From Lingula anatina (Eukaryota > Animalia > Brachiopoda), in assembly GCA_051362555.1 (NCBI GenBank), contig CM120646.1, forward strand, positions 13,330,001 to 13,394,000: 64,000 nt of DNA, in the 5' to 3' direction. Made by a program: the position numbers and the translations under genes. Within the stretch, counting starts at the first letter, position 1, and each line of letters starts with the position of its first letter. Below are positions 49,101 to 62,086 of the stretch, one piece after another. The notes beneath the pieces were generated by a model. That model was not told where the DNA came from and made no database searches. It was given only the letters and a program-made list of their open reading frames with translations.

Positions 49101-50236
49101 ATCATATTTTTACCCTGGCCAAGGAGGTTATGTTTTCACCCCTGTTTGTCTGTCTGTCATCAACATAACTCAATAAGTTATGGACCGATTTTGATGAAAT
49201 TTTCAGGAACTGTCAGAAGTGGCCCAAGGAAAAGATGATAAGGTTTCGGTGGTGATCTGGATCAATAATCAATCAATAATAATCAAAAATGGCTGCCTTG
49301 GCAGAGGTCTGCGCTTAAATTATCATTACACTGGGTTCATGGCAAGACATCAAACACTCACCTGTGTATATAAAATCCACAGCACAAACAGCAACAAGAC
49401 ATCAAAAGTGACCATGATACAAAACGCCCTCCGACTGGTGGACATAGGTTTACAACATGGACAGGGATTGGTCTCGTAGGCCACTGATGATGATAATGTT
49501 GTGGAGCCATATGTTGGTGCAGTACCTCCATTAGAATAAGAGCTGGGTCTGAAATTTAAGAAGTTTGACTGATGTCGTTTAAAGAAAAAATTAATTAACG
49601 ATCCATTTATCATGGGGTTTACCTGGCATAAAAAAGGCATGTCCTCAAGGACGTTTTTGTAATGCAAGACAGCAAAATTTATTTCGAGTTTTTTATATTC
49701 AAAGAAGATAGTGACTGTGTTTGATTCTACAGTGTATTGTTAACAGTCATACAGATATACTGGGTACTTGTAAAACTAGAATGAAATATTGTATATGAGT
49801 ATATCAAAAACAATAAACTAAGTCCTTCTCTGTAAAAAATCAACAATACTTTAACTTACACATTATGTTTAAGTATCATTATTCCATATACATACATGTA
49901 CAAGGGTTGCTCAACTCCTTTCCATCCCTTATCGATTCTTGGTTTTCATAATATTCTGGCATTCTCTCTCTCTTTCAGACACATGCACCCAAAACATTCG
50001 TGTGTATGAACACACACACACACACAACAAAAACAACAACATTCTCTCTTTTCCTTACCCTCTCTCTCTGTCATGCATACAAACATACTAGCCATTCTCT
50101 TTCTCTGACACACACACACACATGTTTCCATCCACCTTGTCCCTCTGTCACCCTATTACCTGTTATAATTGTATGGTGCTGAGCCATGGTAAAGGAGACG
50201 TCCTGCTTGTTGTGCTACCTCCTCGCGCTGTCCCAT
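43110..50236 (-). CDS. STARD3: StAR-related lipid transfer protein 3 (MLN64): MENTAL domain + FFAT-like motif + START domain, ~496 aa
   Basis: 13 phase-consistent exons: 50160-50236, 49362-49548, 48555-48641, 48323-48400, 47780-47833, 47216-47339, 46754-46879, 45899-46005, 45249-45416, 44596-44691, 43842-44026, 43581-43674, 43110-43217. MENTAL motifs: RRAFCIMVTFDVLL, YDFKQSLFD, ISFVVAWVECWFLDFRVLPEE. FFAT-like QYYSP. START motifs: WNPTV, AAGGMVSARDFVNLR, YVRGENGPG, NTNLKGWLPTYLIDQAM. Confidence 0.95.
47030..47530. repeat. Intronic tandem repeats either side of a STARD3 exon
   Basis: A ~99-bp unit x2 (gctatgaacttctaatcttac, 47030-47200) and an AT-rich ~38-bp unit about x5 (ataataagtaatgaaaaatttt, 47350-47530). 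Confidence 0.8.
48879..49044. mobile_element. MITE with CAG termini and 5-bp TSD (tacta)
   Basis: tacta|cagaggcagattt ... ggatccgcccctg|tacta, with internal gaagac repeats. Confidence 0.75.
49108..49316 (+). mobile_element. Helentron-associated (HINE-like) element
   Basis: gccaaggaggttatgttttc, then a (tgtc)n run, ending ccttggcagaggtctgcgct. Degenerate reverse-orientation relatives lie near 50668-50900 and 62130-62240. Confidence 0.6.
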
Positions 50237-50480
50237 ATCTCCAGATGCCTACAATTCAAAGATATACATTACTAGAAACATATTAACCCTTCTTTAAGGC
50301 TCAAATCTTTTTTTCTTTTGTCTTTTCTCAAGGACCTACATAAGAGGGTTAAAACAAAGATAAGGCATACTAAGTGAGATAATTAAGTGAACTACAAGTG
50401 TGAGAAGAAATGTACCCATGCTATTTGCCATATTTATGCTTGATAACTCTCTTGTTTATTATTAACCTTACTAGACTAAT

Positions 50481-50648
50481 CAGGCCCGTAGCCAGGGGGG
50501 GGTTCGGGGGGTTCGAAAGAACCGCCCCTTTTGCTGGGAAAAGGTCCACTCTGGGTAAAATTTGATATAGGTACATGAAGTTTTATGGGAAAAGGTCCAC
50601 TTTTTCTGAAAAAGAACCCCCCTTTTGAAATTGCTGGCTACGGGCCTG
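50481..50648. mobile_element. MITE with CAGGCCCGTAGCCAG TIR and 5-bp TSD (ctaat)
   Basis: ctaat|caggcccgtagccag ... ctggctacgggcctg|ctaat; an inverted copy of 16177-16352. Confidence 0.88.
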
Positions 50649-52461
50649 CTAATAGTAAAAAAAAAAAGCACTCAGAGAGCACAAGCCACTGCCAAGCATA
50701 GGCAGCTGAATTATCATCAATAAATCAATTAACAGATCACCAAAAAATAAAAAAAAGAAACAAAAACTGCTTTTTAGTTTGCCAATTTCTAACCTATCTT
50801 GAACAATTCACCAAAATTAATCCAGAAATTATTGGCTGAACATTAACCTCTAATAAAAACCAACAAAAGCCAAAAGCATAACATCCTCAATGGACGTAAT
50901 TATTTCAGATTCAATCCACTACTGGTACTTTAAGTAAATTCATGTAAAAATAATTACTGTACAACTCATTTGACCTACTGCTTCAAATTTGTTTTTGCAT
51001 TTGATGGCCACAGATATAGATTAATTTAGAACCATAATTCTTCAACAAAGAAGTCTCCAATGCTTAAGAGAAAGGGTGCATGTTTTTTCATACACTTGGC
51101 CATCATCCTTTGAATCCCAGCAAAATTTTGAGCATCTCTTTTTTTTTAATTATAGAAAATACTAATTATTTAGAGCATCATAGTTACTACTTGTTCATAA
51201 TGCAGCAGAGAACAGCAACAAAAGAAAAAAGACTGCAGTGTTTTTAGAGAATGGAAAATTACAGTGAATCTATGAAAGCATCTTATAAAAAAAAAATCAA
51301 GTTGTTAAGCTTAAACTCCAAGCCAGTGTGTCTTGGAAGAGCCAAAAAGTCATAGCCAAAAAAATTCAAACTGGGCAGCAAGCATGCAAACACAAAAATA
51401 AGTGCAACAGAATTGAATCTGGTAGATAAAAGCATTTCTAAGCTACTGAAGTAAAGAAAAAACATTAAAACAACCATCAGAACTAATTCTGAAGTGCTTT
51501 GTGGAAAATCAAGCAAGTGTGGAAAATTTGAATGTACCTGATATAAATGTGGCCTAGAGGTCTGTTCATAATGAAACAGAAAAAAAGGAATAAACTCACT
51601 TTTAATTTGTAATTGCACAAAAGATATCAAAATTTATGAAATTGTGCTCAAAGAAAAGTGTATCTACTCAAGATGCAATTATAAACTTTTTCATAATTGT
51701 ATATAGACTTCATTCTCTTACTGAATTTTAATCTGATCATTTGATACAATCTCACTGAGATGTCAAAATAAAGCTACTAATACTAGTACTAATAAATTTA
51801 AAATCAAAGTTACTAACACCCCATTCTACCTATATAAAAATGTGAAAGGCCTACTGGCTACACTTACAAATAAGAGAAAAAATTACAAACAAAATTACGG
51901 CAACTTCCTTTCGTGTGTGTGTGTGTGTGTGTGGGGGGGATATTGCAAATTTGGACATGAAATGGTAAACTATACATAAGTTGGGGTAGATGCTGTGAGT
52001 ACAGTAACTGATTTTTAGACAACTGTGCCCTAATTTCAAATAGATGTCTGGCTTCATACTCCAGTCATATCAATGTTAACCCTGTTAAAATAATCATATG
52101 TAAATAGTTCCCTCCATAAACAAATATTTCTCTTGTGACATTTAGGCCAACATAACTCTAGATAATAAGATATTTAAATGCCTCATCTAAAACATAACTC
52201 TAAAACAAAACAATTGATCATGACATATACTAGTAATGATTTTTGAAAAATACCTTTAAGTTGACATTATTAAAATTTAATATTAAACGACTTACAAAGA
52301 TGAAAAAAATAAGCTGTATGACTTGATTGTACTGTAACCCTTGCTTATTGTTTGACTTGTTAATTTCCCTAATGATGCTAAAATTATCAATGGGGAAATA
52401 CATTCTAAGTTTGTTCTTAATTACTAGTGTGTGTGTGTGCCTGTGTTTGTGTGTTTGAGTG

Positions 52462-52508
<47 letters not shown>

Positions 52509-53473
52509 AATATATATATAAATTAAAAACCATGATATCTTGCAGGTCTACATCTGCCCAGTGCTGATTATAGAATTTTACTATATACCCTTACATTATA
52601 TATATTGCCTCTGATAAAACTGGATTCCTGTGTCTTCTTCCAATAAGACATTATTTCAATTGTCCATCTGGTCTACAAATCAATCCTTCAACTAGCAGGC
52701 TTCAGTCCAGTTTGATGACAAAAAATGTCCTTATTACAAATGATTAAAGACATCAGACTTCTTTAAAACCAGGTACTAAAAATATGTAAACGAATCCTTT
52801 AGTGACTACGATATGGATTGTTTCCACGAAGCCCATTGTGGCAGAACATGCAGTGCAATACTGTCAGGTTTTAGGAACTACTATTTTGAAAAACCTATAA
52901 TAAAGAATTTTCACCACGAAGAAACGAGTCACTTCAACCTGTCTCCTGACTGTGAACTCATCACTCAAAGGTAACTTAGTGTGACATGGTGTCCTAAATA
53001 GACCGTTAATTTTCCTGATGACCTGGATCACTGTTTACACAATGATATTATTATGACATACCACATGGTCACGAGGTATGTTCACACTGAAGATAGGTCT
53101 ACTGCTCTCACCTGACAGCAAGCAAAATCCAATTTCCAAAGTTGGCAACGTACCTTGCCCATAACAGGCATGAGAATGAGAATAAAAATTGACTAACTTT
53201 TATTAATTACTGTCTTTAAGACACAGCTTGTAAGGAAAGGTGATACTGAGAGGGACTGTCCTGTCAGTGTAAGCACATTTATCAAGCAAACAGATTTCAG
53301 TATCAACTGAGCGAAAAGGGGGCGGTGGCCTTGCTTTAAAGAAAATAGAACCCTTTCTTGACTTTATATCAATTTGTACAAAGAAAAAGACAATTACACA
53401 AAATGATAACAATATAACATACTACTAACCATGAATTTAAATGTAAAAAAAATTGTGAAACTAATTAAACTGC

Positions 53474-53519
<46 letters not shown>

Positions 53520-54703
53520 TCCTGTAAAAACATCAAAGAGAAATTTGTTCCCTTTTTCCGTCAAGTCACAAGTATTTTTTATCACAAAACTATAATTATA
53601 ATTATCATGTCCTAAGTTTCTTTCACATCTTCTTTCAAACCATTCCTGAACTTCACTAACCAGGTAAGAAGAAGTGCAGTTTTCTTCACTACTTTGTTTT
53701 TTCTATTTCTTACTTATTAAAGCTTTACTTAATAGTTATACTACATGATATGAATGCGTCATAACACACTTTATCAGAGGCTAGATATAAAATTACAGGG
53801 AGATAAAACTTATCTCTAAAACCCAGTGCAGATGAGGTACTAGACAACAATCAGATTAAATAAAAAATATCTTTTCCATGGACACCAAGGTAATAGTACA
53901 AGTATTATTGAGATTAAATAATAGCTAAAACTGGGGTAAATTACTGCCATAGTTTATCAAATTTTATAAATTGGGTGATCTTTTATATTTGGGAATGAAA
54001 CAGACACTCAGAAAGGTCTACTAGTACATTCTTTAAAAATAACTTATTTTATTCTATTCAGAAAGCTGATTGAATTTTGTTAATTAAGCCACTATATATG
54101 TGATGTAACTGACAACCAGATATGTCACTCCATACCTCAACTGTATAGTTCAGAAAGTTTAAATTCTATGATTCAGCTTTGTTATTAACTCTCTTTATAT
54201 AATTAGAAGGCTACTTGATAATGTACCAGTGTGTGAGGCCACCTGTAGGAAGCTTAAGCCAACCTTATTTTAATAAGTAATTCATTAAAGAAAATAATTT
54301 CTATAAATCACTTATAAAAGAATAAATCCAATCTTGTGCTTGTGTATATTAGATAAAGAGAGAAATAAGTTGTTAAATAGAGAGAGAGAGAGTTTGTACC
54401 AATCTCTGAAAGGTAAAATACAACAGCATGTTATGATCTAATATCATTCTAAGACAATAGCATTTGTATACAGAATGCAGTAAAATGGCACCTGTTTGAA
54501 CTGCTTACTATTATTATACTTTTTCATATTAGAAATAAATGAGATATAAACATTAAAATAAAAGCCAGTCTGAGTATCAATGTCTGTGGTGGTAGTACCC
54601 TGTCCATGGAATATTTCCAATTAAGAGCAACAAATCCAGTAAAATTGAAAGTGGAACTGAAACCTATATTTTCAGAAGGCATTTTACTGACCCAAAACAT
54701 GAC

Positions 54704-54954
54704 TAAGATCGCATTCACAACGAGTTGAGCCAGGCTTTACAAATCCTGGGGACTAAATATGGCGGTCGTACATGAAAGAAAAACCACCTAATCTTTTAAT
54801 AGTCTCTCCGCCTCTCACACGCCTCCCCACACGTCGTCCCTGCGGGGGGACAGTCATTAAATCTCGGCTCCATTGGGACGACACATGTACGTCCGCCATA
54901 TTTAGTCCCCAGGATTTGTAAAGCCTGGCTCAACTCGTTGTGAATGCGATCTTA
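54704..54954. mobile_element. Young MITE with ~60-bp perfect TIR
   Basis: taagatcgcattcacaacgagttgagccaggctttacaaatcctggggactaaatatggcgg is followed by its exact reverse complement ending at 54954. Confidence 0.88.
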
Positions 54955-55433
54955 CTGTTCCATGGACTAAACCCTGTTACATAACATCGAAATATCCGTT
55001 CTCTATTATTATCTTTTTATCTCTTATGTTGTTTTATGGACTTTAACGTTTAACTTCGAAAAAAGACATTTATTTATATACTATATTTCTACACATATAC
55101 TTTTTACGAATGAAGTAGGGAATTATTTAATCCAAGAAAAGCACATACTTTTGTTACACCAAAATTGAACTAAAAACCACCGACAAAACGAACTGTGCAG
55201 ATAAGTGCCCTTTGAATTATGGTGTGACAATGCTATCTATACAAATGAAGAAAGATAACAGGGAGAGTGACCTTAACCGAAGTGAATAGGTGTATGTAAA
55301 CTTCCCCTTTGCTCCATGTTGCAAAATGTCGATGATCGACGGTGTTAGCGACGACATAACTTGAAACTATCGAAATATGCTATAGGCCCAGAGGGTCAGA
55401 ATGCGAGGTTAAAGAATTGATACTAACACTTAC

Positions 55434-55690
55434 TGTGTTTATTGACATGTTTCAGAACGCCTGACATCTCCCTGTGAATGGAACTGGGCAGAAATAAACA
55501 TATACATGTATTTATAGTAGGAAGTCTGAGAAGCAGGAGGTCGCCATTGTTTCAATCGCCTGACTGACCTTTGGCATGTGAGATAAGTGGCCGTCGATGT
55601 TATCGTCGCACCTGCTGCAATGCGAGCACTCGGACCTACTCGGATGTTACCCTCTTGCCCTTGTGTTTCCCGCAAGCGAACACGCCCTTT
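55434..55690 (-). promoter_or_regulatory. Possible promoter / non-coding first exon of STARD3
   Basis: Locally CpG-rich block ending in a GTAAGT donor (55428-55433). The ATG-bearing STARD3 exon starts with an acceptor (ttgtag, ~50249), so an upstream exon is expected. Confidence 0.35.
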
Positions 55691-56992
55691 CAAATTTTAT
55701 CTTCTTAAAAAGTTAAAATGTTATTATTGTTATATGCCGTTATTATTATAATATACCGTAGCTCTGGTGACGAGACGACGAAGAAAAGCAAACTAACGGG
55801 TGAGTTGAAGCCCAATGTCAAACATTGATCAGCAAATCAACTGTTAAAAAATATTCTCAGAATTTCCACATGCCGAACACAGAAAAACATTCATTAACTT
55901 TTCTGTTATTATTAAAAACTTCCAATTAAAGTACTACTGACCAGAAAAAAGCCGGATTTACAATTGGAAGCAAATCTCGTTCAATAATGCACACAATAAG
56001 CAATCTCGCCTCACACAACGCGTCACAATAATGTGTATTTTAACGCGTTTTACAGTGTGTGAGTTATTTAAAGCGATGCTAACTAACATGTAGAGGAAGA
56101 AAGTTTCGTCACAGATAACGAGCAGGCATTTTATTTTTTATCATATTTATTTATTCATACTGTATATATAAAGGCGTAAATGGCTGTTATGGAATATCAA
56201 TCACCAAAATCACTTAAATATACATACAGGGGTTCAACAATATATTTTTGACAAACATTTAAGGCATCTGCTATTGCACAGTTTATGTATAATATCATCT
56301 TTACCACATGCTAACGTATATAAGATCGGAGAATCCTCACCAATGGGAAATATTGGGATACATGTAGGTAGTACCGGTAATTTGAAACGACACGGCATGT
56401 TCTGTTTTTGCTTTTATGTGAATTTGACCTGCCTTAACAGAAATTATGATCATGTAAGGCCAGGAATTAAGATAGTAAGTGATCTTGATGGTGGTAAACA
56501 TTGATGAGGTTTTTTTTCTGATGGGGTTGAACAAATTTTTTGTGTTGAATATCACAAAAGCCTACATGGCAAATTTCTATGTCAACATTAGTTTTTTTCT
56601 TAAAAATTACTAATTCACTGATTTTTGCAACTATGAAAAAGTGTGACCTTCCTAGTACTAACCGTCTTTATTTAACAACATTAATACAAAAAATAGATCA
56701 ACAAATTACCACATAAAAAAGTGCACATACATTTATGTCAGCCTCTAAGGTACTACATCAAATCAGGAATTTAACAACATCGTTTAAAACATCTCCAAAA
56801 AGACCTATGCCAACCTTTGTAGACTGCCGTCCGGTTTCAAGCACCGTTAAATCATCATGTCTATATCTTGGATTTTACAGTTTGGCCATTTTAGGGTTGA
56901 TATGACAACAGCATTTACGGAATACCTTTAACTTTAGTTCTTAACGAGGGAAAATAAGCCTGTAAGTCAAGTTTAACAGCGGCATGATCCTT

Positions 56993-57027
<35 letters not shown>

Positions 57028-57051
57028 GGTGAGCGGGACAGCAAGATAGGT

Positions 57052-59629
57052 TTAGTTGGTTGTGTTGGTGGTGGATTTGGTGGATTTGGACAAAACAAAA
57101 CCGGAGAAAAACCCTTCAACTTTTTCTTTGAACATCTGACGGAACCGAGAACCGCAAAACAAGATGACGGGCAAACATGTGCTAGTGTGGATCAGAAAAC
57201 TTATTCTAGAGACTGCTTCAAAAGTGCTGATGATATCAAGTGATTCGTTCACAATGTCATATGTCAGGAATGACTGCAACATCATACACACACACTGAGG
57301 CCCACAGAGGATAATAAACAACACCGATACTCCAACTAAAGAAACGGTGCTGGCGATCTCCTTGTTCGGGGTCTGGAAAGCGGCCTGGCTTGTGGTGAGG
57401 CTCTTGCGTTTTCTCACCTGTGACCATATTCGGTGTATTATCTTGGAATTCATCATCAAAATACCGAAGAAAAGCAGGCAGTAAGCTGACGTGTGGGTAG
57501 TGAAGTAAATTCTGTACGCTGTGATGAATTCCACGTTGGACAGGTTATTGGTAGGGCACGAGGTGTCCTCGCGGATGTGACGGTGAACAGCCAAGTACGC
57601 AGAACAACACACAAGGAATAGCAATGAACCGATGATTACCTGTGGAAAGAAAAAGTGGTTTATTCCACTAAAAAAGTGAACATGTGCGTAACGTCGGTGC
57701 CGCATACCTGTAATATTTGCATAATTTAGACTTGTACCATCATTTTTCCTGTTTTGTTTTGTTTAGTATATATAATGTGGAAAGAAATCAACAGTTGTTA
57801 AATAGTCACGCGAAGCAGTTATGCAAGAAAAAAAATGTGTGCGTCATTTAAGTAACTTAATTGTTCTCATGCCTGCTCATAAAACTTATTTGGCATCTAA
57901 AAAGACGAAATTAGCAGTTAGAACACTTTTCTTTCCGTGACCGTGCACGATTTTGTGCAGCTCGCAGTTTGGCACTTTTAGTAGCCCACCTTATCTAAGC
58001 TATTACCTCATAATAACAAACAGTCAAGAACTTAAATTTATACGAAATGCAAAATGCAAGAACAAAATATAAATTATGAGAAAAAATTAATTGCTAAATA
58101 AATTAATAAATTAATAAAACATCAACAAACAAAAAATGAATGAAGTCTGCAGTTTTGAGTAAGAATGCAATAGTGTTACTTACACTTTTTAATATTGCAG
58201 TGGGTGTTTGTTTCTTTAAAGGGAAGCAAACGACAATGAATCGGTTGACGGTAATGAAGAAGATCGTGAAGACGCACCAGTCGTACGTAAATGTATACCC
58301 CAATTCCGTCAACGTGCATACCCAATCAGGAAAAACGTTCGTGTAGAAATAGATGTCAGATGCATGTACAATTAAGAAGATACTGCAGGTCAACTCCATA
58401 ACTAGACGACATATGCTAACCGTGGCGTACGTGATAAAGAGGAACAATGCCGATTCGGAAAAGAAAGATTTTCCTCCGCGATGTAAAGTAGAGACGAGGA
58501 TTCCATCGAAGATGATGCCTATGGGACACATCGCTACCGATACATACGCCAAAGATATGCTGAAACTTTGGTGTTCTTCAAATGTCCCTATAGGTAAAAC
58601 TGCTGAGACGCATTTCAGCCCGTCCTCCACGATATCGGCTGACAAAATTTCTGCGCCGTCTGGCAGGAGGTCTGCACAAGCCGTGCTAACGAGAGCTTTT
58701 GGCTCCAACAACGTGAAATTGGCCACGTGGTGACTGAGTGGACACAATAACCTGTGTTTGGTGAGTTTTTCTTCATATGACAAACAGACGTAGGCTTGGG
58801 GCAGAGACAGGGGGCCGTTTAATTTGGTACATTCTTCCTGTGATATATCCAGCATAAACTCAGCCACGAAGTCTGACGGGGAAAGTTCGGTCAAACCACA
58901 AGGACCGTCATAAGTGGATGGAGAAAACATAGGGTTTCCAAGGATCACGTCATTTTCAGGTCGTCTTTTAACTAGACATAAGTAATAGCGTACACCATAG
59001 TTCTCGTTGAGTACATTGTTCACTATCTGTTCGGATTCCTTCCTGCTTGTGCCGGCAAGAGTGAGTGAATTTTCTGCTTCGTTATGTCCCCTCTTTGAAA
59101 ATGCGCGGAAACAAAAGGCTTTGCTGCCCGTTAAACCCGAGTCAGATGCGTTTCCCACTGTACCGGTAGTGTTCACACCCACCGGGCTGTGAACGGTGAT
59201 TCCGTTAGCTTCATCGACGGTTTGCCTTGTCAAGGAGAGACCGTCCAAAATGAGCACGTCTAGCTTCCTTTTCAATTCAATGAACGTAATTTCGTTCCTG
59301 TTGCTCTCGTCTATGAATGTGCGGCACTGGGTCGTGTTCACCCCGATGATAAAAATGTGATAAGACATCGGGGATTCTTGGTAAAAATTGAACACGGCGA
59401 ATTGGCATTTTTGAACCACTAAACTAAACAGCGTTTGTTGAGACACGTCTGCGCGTATCCCGAGAGTGGACATGATTTGATCGAAACGTTCGCCAGAGAA
59501 GTTAAAATGACAATTGGACAAGGCGTCAATACTGCCAGCCAGTTCTCCGGTAGGGGCGCCAGCATACAGGGACGTAAGCTGGTACCGCGAAAAGCGCACG
59601 AGACAAAAAGGGATGAGATAAAACAGCAT
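57052..59629 (-). CDS. Divergent rhodopsin-class GPCR (peptide/chemosensory-receptor-like) with long N-terminal ectodomain, ~677 aa
   Basis: Exon 58184-59629 (donor AGT|GTAAGT, phase 0) joins exon 57052-57639 (acceptor tttccacag). There are seven hydrophobic segments. TM3 has its Cys and ends ITVNRFIVVCFPLK (DRY-like). Other marks: ECL2 Cys, TM5 ending N..II..I, TM6 LFIILCGP, and helix 8 GSRFRQMF. Confidence 0.82.
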
Positions 59630-61857
59630 TTTGGTAGTGCGGTACAGATCGGGAGTTCTTTGAAGACTTTAAATATTCTGTAGATATTGTCCAGCTTACC
59701 CGGCAGATGTTTTTGCACTTGCTAGACACTTTGGCCTGTCTACTCAAAGCAATAATTGCAATACTTCTTTCCTCACAGAAAAAAAAGTTAATGGACAGTT
59801 TCTTTCTTTTCATTCCACATATAGTGAACGTTTCTTTAGGCCACCACTCTTCTGATCTCTTCCTAGAACGATCTCCGACTTGCTCTATGACCGATTTTTG
59901 ACGGAAAGGCCGCTTAAGTAGAAGGCGGATGCTGCGTGTGAGATATGGTTTCGTCATTTAGATAATGAAAACGTAATGTTGGGATGGCGTAATGGAATTT
60001 TATACCTCAAGTAACCCGTGCTTAGCGCATTTGCAAGTTGCTCGTGTTGCTTCATTTTCGCCACCATCTAGACCACTATCGCCTCTGAAAGATTGAGGGT
60101 TGAAGTTTTGTCTTTTTTTTTTTTTTTGGGCTTTTCCACTGCTTGCCCTTTTCAGCTTAGCACATATTGAAATACTGTATCCAAACGTTTCTTGATTTTT
60201 TAAATTTCAGAACAACATTTATTGTTATTAATCAACAAAACCAGCTTCTCCTCCAAAAGGGAGCACGCACGCACGTAGAATTTTGAAATTTGCAAGCATT
60301 ACAGTTCTTGACAAAATATACCAAGTATTTACCAAAATTCTTAAAGAACACAAGCCTAGGTATGCGTTATGGTTCTGGTGTTTGTTCTAGCGTACTGGTG
60401 CTTGTCCAGTTTCAAGTCTACTTTTCTACTAGTATTTTATATAAAATCTTACGATCACACAGAAACATTATTAAACAGAAATCGACATTTTTGAAAAAAA
60501 AATTACGCACAAGGGCGTCCAAGGATACGCCTGCTGGCGTCCTTCAACTGTTGAAAGCTCGTGAACCCGATTTTCGATAATTTTGGTAAGTTTTAGTAAA
60601 TTTTGCTAGGTAAATAATGACAAAGCCATGAAGCCATGAAGAAATGATTCGAGCCATACAATGAGCATTACACGTTTGGTAAGCAAATCCTTGAAATTCC
60701 TGGAGATTTTAACACTTTCAGTCCCCCTTTAAATATCGCCAAAGTACTATATATTGTATCCAAAATCATGGATATACGATACAAAAACACGTTTTAGAGT
60801 TGTAAATTTCTTGTTTTTTTAGTTTCTCTCATAATGGCGATGAAGACTGGTGAATATGACTAGGAACGAAAGAAAATACATTACCCCCCCCCCCCAAAAA
60901 AAAAAAAAAAAAGAAAGAAAAAAAGACGAGTTAAACAATAGATCCTCTCAACAGGTTAAGGTAAGGTACCAGTACATGTGCACCTTGGTGATGAAGGAAA
61001 AAAAATGTGGAAATTTGATAACAAATTCACTTGACAAGGTCTACCGCGCATACTGTACATTTTATAGATATGATTACATAGCATGCACCATTATGCAGTT
61101 GGCGTGCCAGTAATGCCTATTGCACACAACCACTTATAAGAATTGAAAAATATTTACTTGAACAGATGCATCAGTAACTGCAAAATGATTTGGCGTGTTT
61201 GATTAATATACCATTGCTTAAAGCCTAGCCAAAGTAACTTGACCGGAATAAATAGCCATTTACGAAATGAATCTTTTACAGTTTCGTGAACGCTTACGAT
61301 GGAAATGCACAACTATTTCGTGCAGAAAAAGACCGTCACGAAAGCTCAGGTGCAGTGTGAACCACTTTTTTTCTTTTTTCGAATGTTTATTGTTTGTTCT
61401 TGCTTTCACGTTTCTTTAAATAGAATAAATAAAATCATGCTTTGTTTTTCCTCAACACACAATGGTACAAAACAATAGTGGCTAACAAACTCTCGACATT
61501 TTCAACTTACATTGTGAAATAGCGTGATCTCGTCACTTGTACGTGACGTTCCTTTCCCCTGCGTTTTATACAATCAATAACGATTTAACGTTCATAAACA
61601 ATCGTGGTATGCAAATCAATAACAAGCTTAGAAGACAGGAGTATCTTTCCTTCACTTAATTATATACAAATCTGATACTTACTAGATTCCCTGACTTCGA
61701 AAACAAAGCGCACTGGCGAAGTCGGATTGGGGGGGGTGGGGGGGTGGGGGGGTGGCGAGTAGGAACATGGAATTTTTGGGCCTCACTTAATACACAAATA
61801 CAAAACATTTTATCTTGTTCCTGTTTTAATACTTTATTTCTTTCTTTCTTTTCCCTA

Positions 61858-61894
<37 letters not shown>

Positions 61895-61958
61895 TTTATT
61901 TTTATTTTTTTTTTGCTGTGACCTCTTGATCTGCCAATAATTTGGTACACACGGGAAA

Positions 61959-62086
61959 TAGTTCTTAATGATATATCGAGAACTACAAGAAACACTCCTG
62001 TAAACAGATTAATCAGGAGTGTTTCTTGTAGTTCTCGATATATCATTAAGAACTACAAGAAACACTCCTGATTAATCTGTTTACAG
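61959..62086. repeat. Overlapping double palindrome (inverted triplication)
   Basis: The segment agaactacaagaaacactcctg occurs forward, reverse, forward, with 13-nt loops. Confidence 0.9.
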
